Of a stretch of 64,000 nucleotides of DNA, positions 55,039-62,930 are shown piece after piece. This stretch comes from an uncultured Gemmatimonadales bacterium (GTDB taxonomy: Bacteria; Gemmatimonadota; Gemmatimonadetes; Gemmatimonadales; GWC2-71-9). The stretch lies in assembly GCA_963762545.1 (NCBI GenBank), contig CAVXLC010000003.1:130967-194966 (forward strand), read 5' to 3'. The position numbers were made by a program, and so were the translations under genes. Below the pieces are notes generated by a model. That model was not told the origin of the DNA. It was given only the letters and a program-made list of their open reading frames with translations, and ran no database searches. Positions within the stretch are counted from its first letter, which is position 1. Each line of letters opens with the position of its first letter.

Positions 55039-56222
55039 AGCGCCTCGACCGCGAGCGCCACCGCATTGCCGCCGCCCAGACAGAGCGTCGCGAGCCCGGT
55101 GGAGACGTTGCGGTCCCGCATCGCGTAGAGCAGCGTGGTCAGCACCCGGGCGCCGCTCGCGCCGATCGGGTGGCCCAGGGCAATGGCGCCCCCGTTCACG
55201 TTTACCCGACTCCAGTCCCAGCCCAGCGCGTTGCCATCGGCGAGCGCCTGAACCGCGAAGGCCTCATTGGCCTCGATGAGACCGTAGTCCTTGATGGTGG
55301 TGCCGGCCTTCGCGAGCAGGTTCCGCACCGCCTCGATCGGCGCGAAGAACAGGTCCTTGGGCTCCCCTCCGCCCGTCGCATAGGCGGTGATCCTCGCCAG
55401 CGGCTTCAAGCCGTTGACCCGCGCGAAGGCAAGCGAGCTGACGGCCAGGGCGCTGGCGCCGTCGTTCAATCCGGGCGCGTTGCCCGCCGTCACGGTGCCG
55501 TCCTTCTGGAAAACCGGCTTGAGCTTGGCCAGGGTGGCGACGGAGGTGTCCTTGCGGGGGCCCTCGTCGGTCCCCACCGTCGTGGTTCCGGCCTTTCCCG
55601 CCACCTCCACCGGCACGATCTCGGCGGTGAACTTGCCCGACTCGATGGCCTGCACCGCTTTCCGGTGGCTCTGATAGGCAAACTCGTCCTGGGCCTCGCG
55701 GGTGATGCCCGCCTTCTGGGCGGTGTACTCCGCGTAGGAACCCATGTGGACGTTGCCGAAAGAATCCCAGAGACCGTCGTGGATCATCCCGTCCAGCATG
55801 GTCTGATTGCCGGCCTTGATCCCGGACCGCATGCCGAACACGTAGTGGGGCGAGGCGCTCATCGCCTCCATTCCGCCGGCGATGACGCACTGGGCGTCGC
55901 CCGCCTTGATGGACTGCGCCGCGAGCATCACCGCCTTGAGGCCCGAGCCGCACACCTTGTTGATGGTGAGCGCGGGAATGGTGCCGGGAAGGCCGGCGTG
56001 AATCATCGCCTGGCGCCCGGAGGCCTGGCCGGCGCCTCCCTGGAGCACATGGCCCATGATCACATCGTCGATCTGGCCTGCGGCGAGGCCGGCGCGCCGC
56101 GCCGCCTCGCGGATGACGATCGCGCCGAGCTGCGGCGCGGTGAACGAAGACAGCCCGCCGAGATACTTCCCGATGGGAGTACGGCAGGCGGAGAGGATGA
56201 CGGGCGTCGTTGCGTCGGACAC
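55035..56222 (-). CDS. acetyl-CoA C-acetyltransferase (thiolase II)
   Basis: GTG start. ACRTPIGKY, the active-site [11 protein letters not shown], the C-terminal [21 protein letters not shown] and the CLGGGNAVA-type motif ([14 protein letters not shown]). Confidence 0.92.
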   Translation of the reverse strand: MSDATTPVILSACRTPIGKYLGGLSSFTAPQLGAIVIREAARRAGLAAGQIDDVIMGHVLQGGAGQASGRQAMIHAGLPGTIPALTINKVCGSGLKAVMLAAQSIKAGDAQCVIAGGMEAMSASPHYVFGMRSGIKAGNQTMLDGMIHDGLWDSFGNVHMGSYAEYTAQKAGITREAQDEFAYQSHRKAVQAIESGKFTAEIVPVEVAGKAGTTTVGTDEGPRKDTSVATLAKLKPVFQKDGTVTAGNAPGLNDGASALAVSSLAFARVNGLKPLARITAYATGGGEPKDLFFAPIEAVRNLLAKAGTTIKDYGLIEANEAFAVQALADGNALGWDWSRVNVNGGAIALGHPIGASGARVLTTLLYAMRDRNVSTGLATLCLGGGNAVALAVEAL

Positions 56223-56256
56223 GGGAAGCTCGGTTGAGAGATGCGAGGGGAAAATA

Positions 56257-56314
56257 GTCGGTAGGCCGGTACGTCGGTATGTCGGTGGGTCCTCGATGCT
56301 ACCGACCTCCCGAC
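56257..56314. repeat. tandem 8-mer repeats (GTCGGTAG GCCGGTAC GTCGGTAT GTCGGTGG) followed by two inverted copies (CTACCGAC CTCCCGAC)
   Basis: Read directly from the sequence. The repeats occupy the thrS-thiolase intergenic region, and the last inverted unit ends 1 nt before the thrS stop codon. Confidence 0.55.
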
Positions 56315-56315
56315 C

Positions 56316-58238
56316 TCACGGGGTCAGCGCCCGGCTCCGAATCTCCCGGACCACCCGCTCGACGAATGCCCCGACCGGCATGACCTCCTGCTTGTTTCCG
56401 GCACCGCGGACCCGGACCGCGATGCCGTCGCCGTCGACCTCGCGCTGCCCGATGATGCCCATGTACGGCACCTTCCACACCTCGCCCTCGCGAATCCGGT
56501 AGTTCAGGGTCTCGTGGCCCGCGGCGAGGTGGGCCCGGATGCCGGCGTCGCGGAGCCGCTGGGTCACCCGGGCCGCCCCCTCGTGCTGTTCTTCGCTGAT
56601 CGGAATGATCCGTACCTGTTCCGGGGCCAGCCAGACCGGGAACGCCCCGGCAAAGTGCTCGATCAGGATCGCCATGAAACGCTCGAACGAGCCGCTCACC
56701 GCGCGGTGAATCACCACCGGCCGGTGCTCGGTGTTGTCCTCGCCGACGTACTTGAGGTCGAAGCGCTCCGGCGCCTCGTAGTCGAGCTGAATGGTGCCCA
56801 GCTGCCATTTCCGCCCGATCGAATCGGCCACGTCGAAGTCGATCTTGGGCCCGTAGAAGGCGCCGTCCCCCGGCTTGAGCTCGTAGGGAAGCCCGGTCGC
56901 GTCGAGCGCGGCCTTGAGGCCCGCCTCGGCGCGGTCCCAGGATTCGTCGGTCCCGAGCCGGACCGGCGGCCGGGTCGCGAACTTGAGGGACGCGGTGAGG
57001 CCGAACGTCTTGTAGTAGCCCAGGATGAATTCGACCAGCCGCCGCACTTCCTCCGCGATCTGACGCTCCATCATGAAGACATGACAATCGTCCTGCTGGA
57101 ACTGCCGCACCCGGGTGAGCCCGGACAGCGCCCCGGACACCTCATTCCGGTGCAGCACGTCGTAGGTGTTCATGCGGAGCGGCAGCTCCCGGTACGAGTG
57201 CTTCTTCGCCAGGTACATCAGGTAGTGCGACGGGCAGTTCATCGGCTTGAGCGAATAGTCGTGCTCGCCGGTCTCGGCGTCGAGCACCAGGAACATGTTC
57301 TCCCGGTACTTGCCCCAGTGACCCGACAGCTCCCACAGCGCCTTGTTGTAGAGGAGCGGAGTCCGCACTTCCTTGTAGTCGTCCCGCTGCAGCTCCCGGA
57401 GATACTCGCTCAGCACGTTCACCATCGTGGTGCCGCGATCGGTCCAGAACACCGCCCCCGGCGCGAACGGGTGGAACATGAACAGGTCGAGCTCCCGGCC
57501 CACCCGGCGATGATCCCGCTTGCGGGACTCCTCCAGCCGATGCAGGTACGCCTCGAGATCTTCCTTCTTGAACCAGGCGGTGCCGTAGATGCGCTGCAGC
57601 ATCTGGCGCCGCTCGTCGCCCCTCCAGTAGGCGCCGGCGCCGTGCAGCAGCTTGAAATGCTTGAGCCGGCCGGTGGCGGGAAGGTGGGGTCCCCGGCACA
57701 GGTCGACGAACGGCCCGTCGGTGTAGACGCTGATGGTCTCGTCGGGGCCAAGCTCCTCGATCCGCTCGAGCTTGAGCGGGTCGTCGGCAAAGCGGCGGTT
57801 GGCCTCGGCGCGCTCCACCACCTCGCGGACGAACGGATAGTCCTTCGCGGCGACGTCCCGCATCGCCGCTTCGATCTGCTCCAGATCCTCGGGCGTGAAG
57901 GGGCGGGGCACGTCGAAGTCGTAGTAAAAGCCGTCCTCAATGGCCGGGCCGAACCCGATGCCGGCCTGGGGATAGATCTGCCGCACCGCGGTGGCCAGCA
58001 CGTGCGCGGCGGAATGGCGCAGCACCTCCAGGGCGTCCAGATCCCGGTCGGTCAGGATGGCAACGGTAGCGTCTTCCTCGATGGGGCGGTTGAGATCGCG
58101 AACCTGGCCGTTGACCCGCACCGCCAGCGCGGCCTTGGCCAGCCCCGGTCCGATCTGCCGCGCCAGCTCCAGCCCCGTGGTGCCGGAGGGGAGCTCCCGG
58201 ACACTGCCGTCCGGCAGGGTGAGGCGAATCACGCTCAC
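56316..58238 (-). CDS. thrS: threonine--tRNA ligase
   Basis: 640 aa, GTG start. It has an N-terminal TGS domain (IRLTLPDGSVRE), the editing-domain HSAAHVLA, class II motifs (FRGDERRQM-like, RVRQFQQDD, GTIQLDY) and a C-terminal anticodon-binding domain. Confidence 0.97.
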   Translation of the reverse strand: MSVIRLTLPDGSVRELPSGTTGLELARQIGPGLAKAALAVRVNGQVRDLNRPIEEDATVAILTDRDLDALEVLRHSAAHVLATAVRQIYPQAGIGFGPAIEDGFYYDFDVPRPFTPEDLEQIEAAMRDVAAKDYPFVREVVERAEANRRFADDPLKLERIEELGPDETISVYTDGPFVDLCRGPHLPATGRLKHFKLLHGAGAYWRGDERRQMLQRIYGTAWFKKEDLEAYLHRLEESRKRDHRRVGRELDLFMFHPFAPGAVFWTDRGTTMVNVLSEYLRELQRDDYKEVRTPLLYNKALWELSGHWGKYRENMFLVLDAETGEHDYSLKPMNCPSHYLMYLAKKHSYRELPLRMNTYDVLHRNEVSGALSGLTRVRQFQQDDCHVFMMERQIAEEVRRLVEFILGYYKTFGLTASLKFATRPPVRLGTDESWDRAEAGLKAALDATGLPYELKPGDGAFYGPKIDFDVADSIGRKWQLGTIQLDYEAPERFDLKYVGEDNTEHRPVVIHRAVSGSFERFMAILIEHFAGAFPVWLAPEQVRIIPISEEQHEGAARVTQRLRDAGIRAHLAAGHETLNYRIREGEVWKVPYMGIIGQREVDGDGIAVRVRGAGNKQEVMPVGAFVERVVREIRSRALTP

Positions 58239-58386
58239 CGGCCCTCCTCCACACCCACCGGCGTCGCGACCACCGGCGTCTGGCGCTCCAGCGCGAAGAA
58301 AAGCACCAGCCCGGTCAGAACGACCAGGGCGAGGAACAGGAGCCGGCCTATGGGCGGCCGGCCGGTGGATCTGGATGCCTCGGGCA
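58235..58386 (-). CDS. possible 50-codon membrane micro-ORF overlapping the thrS start
   Basis: The ATG at 58386 gives MPEASRSTGRPPIGRLLFLALVVLTGLVLFFALERQ... with one hydrophobic helix. Its TGA overlaps the thrS GTG (GTGA). There is no homology evidence, so it could be a chance ORF. Confidence 0.3.
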
Positions 58387-58435
58387 TGGTCCTGTCTCGA
58401 TTCTCGGGGCGCATTCGCGGTATTAAGTTAACCGC

Positions 58436-58882
58436 ATGCAACTGCCTGTCACACGCCGTGTTCGGCGCGGAAGCTCCACCCCGCTGGGTCCCTGGGCACT
58501 GCTGGGTTTCGGAGCCGGAATCGCTGCCGGATTCCTGCTCGGCGAGATGTTCGGGGGCGGTGGCACCGCCCGGGTCGGCCGGCTGGTCGGATCGCTCCGG
58601 CGCGCACCGAAGCTGGAGCGCCGCGCCGGCCGCGCCGCGATCATCCTGGCGGTCCTCGAAGCCGAGCCGGAGCTCGCCGGACTGCGCTTCTCGCTGGTTC
58701 CCTCCGGGGGCGGCGGCTTCGAGCTCCGGGGCTGGGTGCCCGAGCGGGCCGCCCGGGCCCGGGCCTTCCGGCTGGCGCAGGCCGCCTCGGGTGGGCTTCC
58801 GATCGTCAATCGGCTTCTGGTGCGGGGCGAGGACGACACCCACGCCGAGCTCCATCTCGACGACGAGCCCCGGTCGGCATGA
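58436..58882 (+). CDS. hypothetical protein with N-terminal TM segment and BON-like C-terminal domain
   Basis: The ATG at 58436 gives a hydrophobic segment WALLGFGAGIAAGFLLG. GLRFSLVPSGGGGFELRGWVPERAARARAFRLAQAASGGLPIVNRLLV fits the BON pattern (strand, G-x-V, helix, V-x-N-x-L). The stop overlaps the valS ATG (ATGA). Confidence 0.55.
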   Translation: MQLPVTRRVRRGSSTPLGPWALLGFGAGIAAGFLLGEMFGGGGTARVGRLVGSLRRAPKLERRAGRAAIILAVLEAEPELAGLRFSLVPSGGGGFELRGWVPERAARARAFRLAQAASGGLPIVNRLLVRGEDDTHAELHLDDEPRSA

Positions 58883-61596
58883 GCGCGGAGACGCCGCTCC
58901 CACCCCAGTACGATCCGACCGGCCTCGAAGAACAGCTCTACCGCCAGTGGGAGCGCCGCGGACTGTTCGAGCCCCGCTCGGACCTGCGCGGCGGATCGAC
59001 ACCCGCCCCGGCTTCCGGTCGTCCGTACGTCATCATGATGCCCCCGCCGAACGTCACCGCCCAGCTGCACATGGGCCACGGGCTCAATCTGTCGGTCCAG
59101 GACGTGCTGGTGCGGTTCGAGCGGATGCGGGGGCGCGACACGCTCTGGGTGCCGGGCACCGACCACGCCGGCATCGCCACGCAGAACGTGGTGGAAAAGA
59201 TTCTCGCCCGTGAGGGAAAGAGCCGCTTCGACCTCGGCCGCGAAGCGTTCGAGCGACGGGTCTGGCAGCACGTCGAGGAAACCGGGAGCGCGATCCTCAA
59301 TCAGGTCCGGGCCCTGGGGGCAAGCTGCGACTGGCATCGGGCCTACTTCACCCTCGACGAAGACCTCTCGCTCGCGGTGCGGGAAGTCTTCGTGTCCCTG
59401 TACGAGCGCGGGCTGATCTACCGGGGCAAGTACATCATCAACTGGTGCCCCCGCTGCGGCACCGCCCTTTCCAATGAAGAGGCCGAGAAGGTCGAGGCCG
59501 ACGGCAAGCTCTGGCATGTCCGGTATCCCCTCGAAGAGGGCGGGCACATCACCATCGCCACCACCCGGCCCGAAACGATCCTGGGCGATTCCGGCATCGC
59601 CGTCCATCCCGACGACCCCCGGTACCGCGCCCTGATCGGCAAGTATGCGGTGCTGCCTCTGGTGGGACGCCGCCTCCCCATCGTGGGAGACGATGCGGTG
59701 GATCCCGCCTTCGGGTCCGGGGCGGTGAAGATCACCCCGGCGCACGATCCGACCGACTTCGAGATCGGCAAACGGCACGATCTGCCTGCGCTCGACGTGA
59801 TGACCGACGACGCCCGGATGAGCGACGAGGTGCCGGAGCGTTTCCGGGGGCTCGATCGGTTCGTGGCCCGCAAACGCGTCGTGGCCGAATTCGAGGCGCT
59901 GGGCCTGCTCGAAAAGGTCGAGAACCACCGCCACGCGATCGGTCGCTGCTACCGCTGCGATACCGTGGTCGAGCCTCGGCTCTCGGATCAGTGGTTCGTG
60001 CGCATGCAGCCGCTGGCCGGGCCGGCGCTCGCGGCATACCGGGACGGCCGGCTCCGCTTCATTCCCGAGTACCGGGGCGCGGAATACGCCCAGTGGATGG
60101 AGAACATCCGGGACTGGTGCATCTCCCGGCAGCTCTGGTGGGGACACCGGATTCCGGTCTGGTACTGCGAGGCTCCCGGCTGCAACACGGTCTCGGCGAG
60201 CCGCGCCGACCTGACCGTCTGTCCCGCGTGCCAGGGGCCGGTCCGTCAGGACGACGACGTGCTCGACACCTGGTTCTCCTCGCAGCTGGTGCCGTTCTCG
60301 AGCCTGGGATGGCCGGGCAGCTCCGACGAGCTGGACCGGTTCTACCCCGGCGATACGCTGGTCACCGCCCCGGAGATCCTCTTCTTCTGGGTGGCCCGGA
60401 TGGTGATGGCGGGCCTCGAATGCATGAAGGACATTCCCTTCCGCACCGTGTATCTCCATGGGACGGTGCGGGACACCAAGCATCGCAAGATGTCGAAGTC
60501 GCTCGGCAACGGCATCGACCCGATGGACGTGGTGAGCCGGTACGGCGCCGATGCGCTCCGGTACACCGTCGTGTCGGGGCTCTCGGTCGGCACCGATCTC
60601 ATCCTGGATCACGAGGATCTCGAGAGCTCGTTCGCCCCGGGCCGGAATTTCGCCAACAAGCTCTGGAACATGGGCCGGCTGCTCCTGTCCCATCTGAACG
60701 GGCCGGTTCGGCCCCTGGCCGGCCGGCATCCCGATGTGATCGGGCGGGCGGAGCTCACCCTCGCCGATAGATGGATCATCGCCCGGTGCGACGAGACCGT
60801 CCGCGAGGCGACCGCGGCGTACGAGCGATTCCGGCTCAATGATGCGGCGCTGGCAATGCACCGGTTCCTCTGGAGCGATCTGGCCGACTGGTACATCGAG
60901 GTGATCAAGCCGCGGCTGTACGGCGAGCAGCCCGGCGGCGACGTGGCGCGGGCGGTGGCCACCCGGACGTTCGACGTGGCGCTCCGGCTGCTCCACCCGG
61001 TCATGCCGTTCATCACCGAAACGCTCTGGGGCCGGCTGCCCGGCCACACCGAGGAAGATTCCATTTCCGTGGCGGCCTGGCCGGCGGTGGACCGCCGCGC
61101 CGCCGACGCCGCCGCCCTGCGTCGCTTCGGCGCGCTCCAGGACCTGGTGGGCGCCATCCGGTCGATCCGGGCCGAATACGGGGTGCAACCCGGGCACACC
61201 GTCCGGGCCGGCGTGTCGAGCCCGAGCGCCGACGTGGCCGCGGTGCTCCGGGAAGACGCCGCCATCGTCGTGCGCCTCGCCAAGCTCTCCGCCCTCGATG
61301 CCGGCGCCGCCCTGGCCCCGGAGGGGGCCGCGCACGCGATTCTCCCCGACGGGACCGAGGTGAGCGTGCCGCTGGGCGACCTGGTCGACGTCCCGAAGGA
61401 ATGCGCCCGCCTGGGGAGTGAAGTGGAGCGGCTCCACGGCGCCATCCAGGGACAGGAGCGCAAGCTGGAGAACGCCCAGTTCACCTCCAAGGCGCCGCCG
61501 GCGGTCGTGGAGCGGGAACGGGCAAAGCTCGCCGCGTGGCGCGAGCAGGCCGGCGCCCTCGCCGAACAACGGCGGCGGCTCGGCTGCCCGGTGTGA
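58879..61596 (+). CDS. valS: valine--tRNA ligase
   Basis: 905 aa with PPPNVTAQLHMGHG (HIGH region), WVPGTDHAGIATQ, the KMSKS motif (HRKMSKSLGN) and a C-terminal coiled coil. Confidence 0.97.
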   Translation: MSAETPLPPQYDPTGLEEQLYRQWERRGLFEPRSDLRGGSTPAPASGRPYVIMMPPPNVTAQLHMGHGLNLSVQDVLVRFERMRGRDTLWVPGTDHAGIATQNVVEKILAREGKSRFDLGREAFERRVWQHVEETGSAILNQVRALGASCDWHRAYFTLDEDLSLAVREVFVSLYERGLIYRGKYIINWCPRCGTALSNEEAEKVEADGKLWHVRYPLEEGGHITIATTRPETILGDSGIAVHPDDPRYRALIGKYAVLPLVGRRLPIVGDDAVDPAFGSGAVKITPAHDPTDFEIGKRHDLPALDVMTDDARMSDEVPERFRGLDRFVARKRVVAEFEALGLLEKVENHRHAIGRCYRCDTVVEPRLSDQWFVRMQPLAGPALAAYRDGRLRFIPEYRGAEYAQWMENIRDWCISRQLWWGHRIPVWYCEAPGCNTVSASRADLTVCPACQGPVRQDDDVLDTWFSSQLVPFSSLGWPGSSDELDRFYPGDTLVTAPEILFFWVARMVMAGLECMKDIPFRTVYLHGTVRDTKHRKMSKSLGNGIDPMDVVSRYGADALRYTVVSGLSVGTDLILDHEDLESSFAPGRNFANKLWNMGRLLLSHLNGPVRPLAGRHPDVIGRAELTLADRWIIARCDETVREATAAYERFRLNDAALAMHRFLWSDLADWYIEVIKPRLYGEQPGGDVARAVATRTFDVALRLLHPVMPFITETLWGRLPGHTEEDSISVAAWPAVDRRAADAAALRRFGALQDLVGAIRSIRAEYGVQPGHTVRAGVSSPSADVAAVLREDAAIVVRLAKLSALDAGAALAPEGAAHAILPDGTEVSVPLGDLVDVPKECARLGSEVERLHGAIQGQERKLENAQFTSKAPPAVVERERAKLAAWREQAGALAEQRRRLGCPV

Positions 61597-62930
61597 GGCG
61601 GCCCCGCCTCGTGCTGGTGCTGCTGGTCGCCGGATGCGCCCGCATTCTGGCGCCGCCGGGCGGCCCCAACGACCGAATCCCACCCACGCTGCTCTCCACC
61701 CGCCCCGATTCCCTGGAAGCGCTTCCCGGCTTCAAGGGCGATGTCGAGTTCCGCTTCAGCGAGGTGGTGTCCGAGGGCGGGACGCCCAATTTCGGGCTCG
61801 GCACCGGCGACCTCGAGCGGCTGGTGCTGGTGTCGCCCTCGTACCGCGTGCCGGTGGTGAAATGGCGGCGGAACCGGATCACCGTGCATCCCCGCGAAGG
61901 CTGGCGCCCCAACACGGTGTATCGCGTGGAGCTCCTTCCGGGCCTGGCGGACCTCTCCAACAACCGGAGCAAGAACGGCCGGGTGATCACCTTCACCACC
62001 GGGGCCGCGCTCCCCAACACCACGCTGCGGGGTCTGGTCGTGGACTGGAACACCCAGCGGCCGCTCCGTAACGCGCTGGTCCAGGCGATCCACCTTCCCG
62101 ACAGCCTGCCATACAACACGGTGAGCGACTCCCTGGGGCGCTTCCAGCTCGGGCTGATTCCCGACGGCGAATACGTGGTGTACGGAATCCAGGATCAGAA
62201 CACCAGCCGGACCCGGGAAAGCCGGGAGCTGTTCGATTCGGTGCGGGTGGCTCCCGCGCAGGACAGCGTCGGAGAGATCTGGGTCTACAAGCACGATTCC
62301 ACCGCGGCGCGCCTCTCGACCGCCGCGCTCAACGATTCCCTCTCGCTGGTGCTCTCGTTCTCGCTGCAGCTCAATCCCTACCAGCGGCTGCCGGCGGATT
62401 CGGTGCAGGTGCGCCTGCTGCCGGATTCGATCCCGGTGCCGGTGCTCGCGATCCTGCCCAAGGGCCAGTACGATACCGCCTTCCCGCCGCCGCGCGCGGT
62501 GGACACCACCCGGAGCAAGGCCGATTCCCTGAGGGTCGTCGAGGACAGCATCCGGGCGGATTCCATCGCGCGGGCCCGCCAGGCCGCGGCGATCCGGATT
62601 CCCGGCGCGCAGCGCCGCCGTGCCACCGAGCCCGACACCGCCGGGACCGGACCCCGCAAGACCAAACCGCCGCTCTTCGACAAGCTGTATGTCCGGCTCG
62701 GCACCCGCCTCCGCCCCGGCTCCGACTACTTCATTGCGGTGCACGGAGTGCAGAGCGTCGGCCGGGTTCCCGGGCTGGCCAGGGCCGTCGCCCGGATACC
62801 GGTGGAAAAGCCTCCACCCGATTCGCTGAAGCTGAATCCCGACTCGCTCAAGGCCAGGGCCAAGGCCGATTCGCTGAAGGCCAAGCCGGACACGGTGAAG
62901 AAACCGGCCCGGTTCGGCGGCCTTCGATGA
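61593..62930 (+). CDS. Ig-like (SbsA/Big_5-type) domain lipoprotein with Lys-rich repeat tail
   Basis: The GTG at 61593 overlaps the valS stop (GTGA). The lipobox is LLVAGC. Also PPGGPNDRIPPTLLST...FRFSEVV and a GLVVDWNTQRPL...SDSLGRFQL segment (carboxypeptidase-regulatory-like). The tail is PPDSLKLNPDSLKARAKADSLKAKPDTVKK. The domain names are tentative. Confidence 0.65.
   Translation: MRRPRLVLVLLVAGCARILAPPGGPNDRIPPTLLSTRPDSLEALPGFKGDVEFRFSEVVSEGGTPNFGLGTGDLERLVLVSPSYRVPVVKWRRNRITVHPREGWRPNTVYRVELLPGLADLSNNRSKNGRVITFTTGAALPNTTLRGLVVDWNTQRPLRNALVQAIHLPDSLPYNTVSDSLGRFQLGLIPDGEYVVYGIQDQNTSRTRESRELFDSVRVAPAQDSVGEIWVYKHDSTAARLSTAALNDSLSLVLSFSLQLNPYQRLPADSVQVRLLPDSIPVPVLAILPKGQYDTAFPPPRAVDTTRSKADSLRVVEDSIRADSIARARQAAAIRIPGAQRRRATEPDTAGTGPRKTKPPLFDKLYVRLGTRLRPGSDYFIAVHGVQSVGRVPGLARAVARIPVEKPPPDSLKLNPDSLKARAKADSLKAKPDTVKKPARFGGLR

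Noticed and set aside
58239-58878. T-box or other known leader upstream of thrS / valS (also checked upstream of glyA, thiL and the symporter operon for ZTP, TPP or glycine riboswitch-like features)
   Set aside because: There is no specifier-loop/T-box sequence or recognisable riboswitch core. The upstream regions are too short or are coding.
58423-61683. 1086-aa minus-strand ORF antisense to valS
   Set aside because: valS on the plus strand is unambiguous (HIGH and KMSKS motifs). The antisense frame has the artefact-type composition typical of high-GC DNA.
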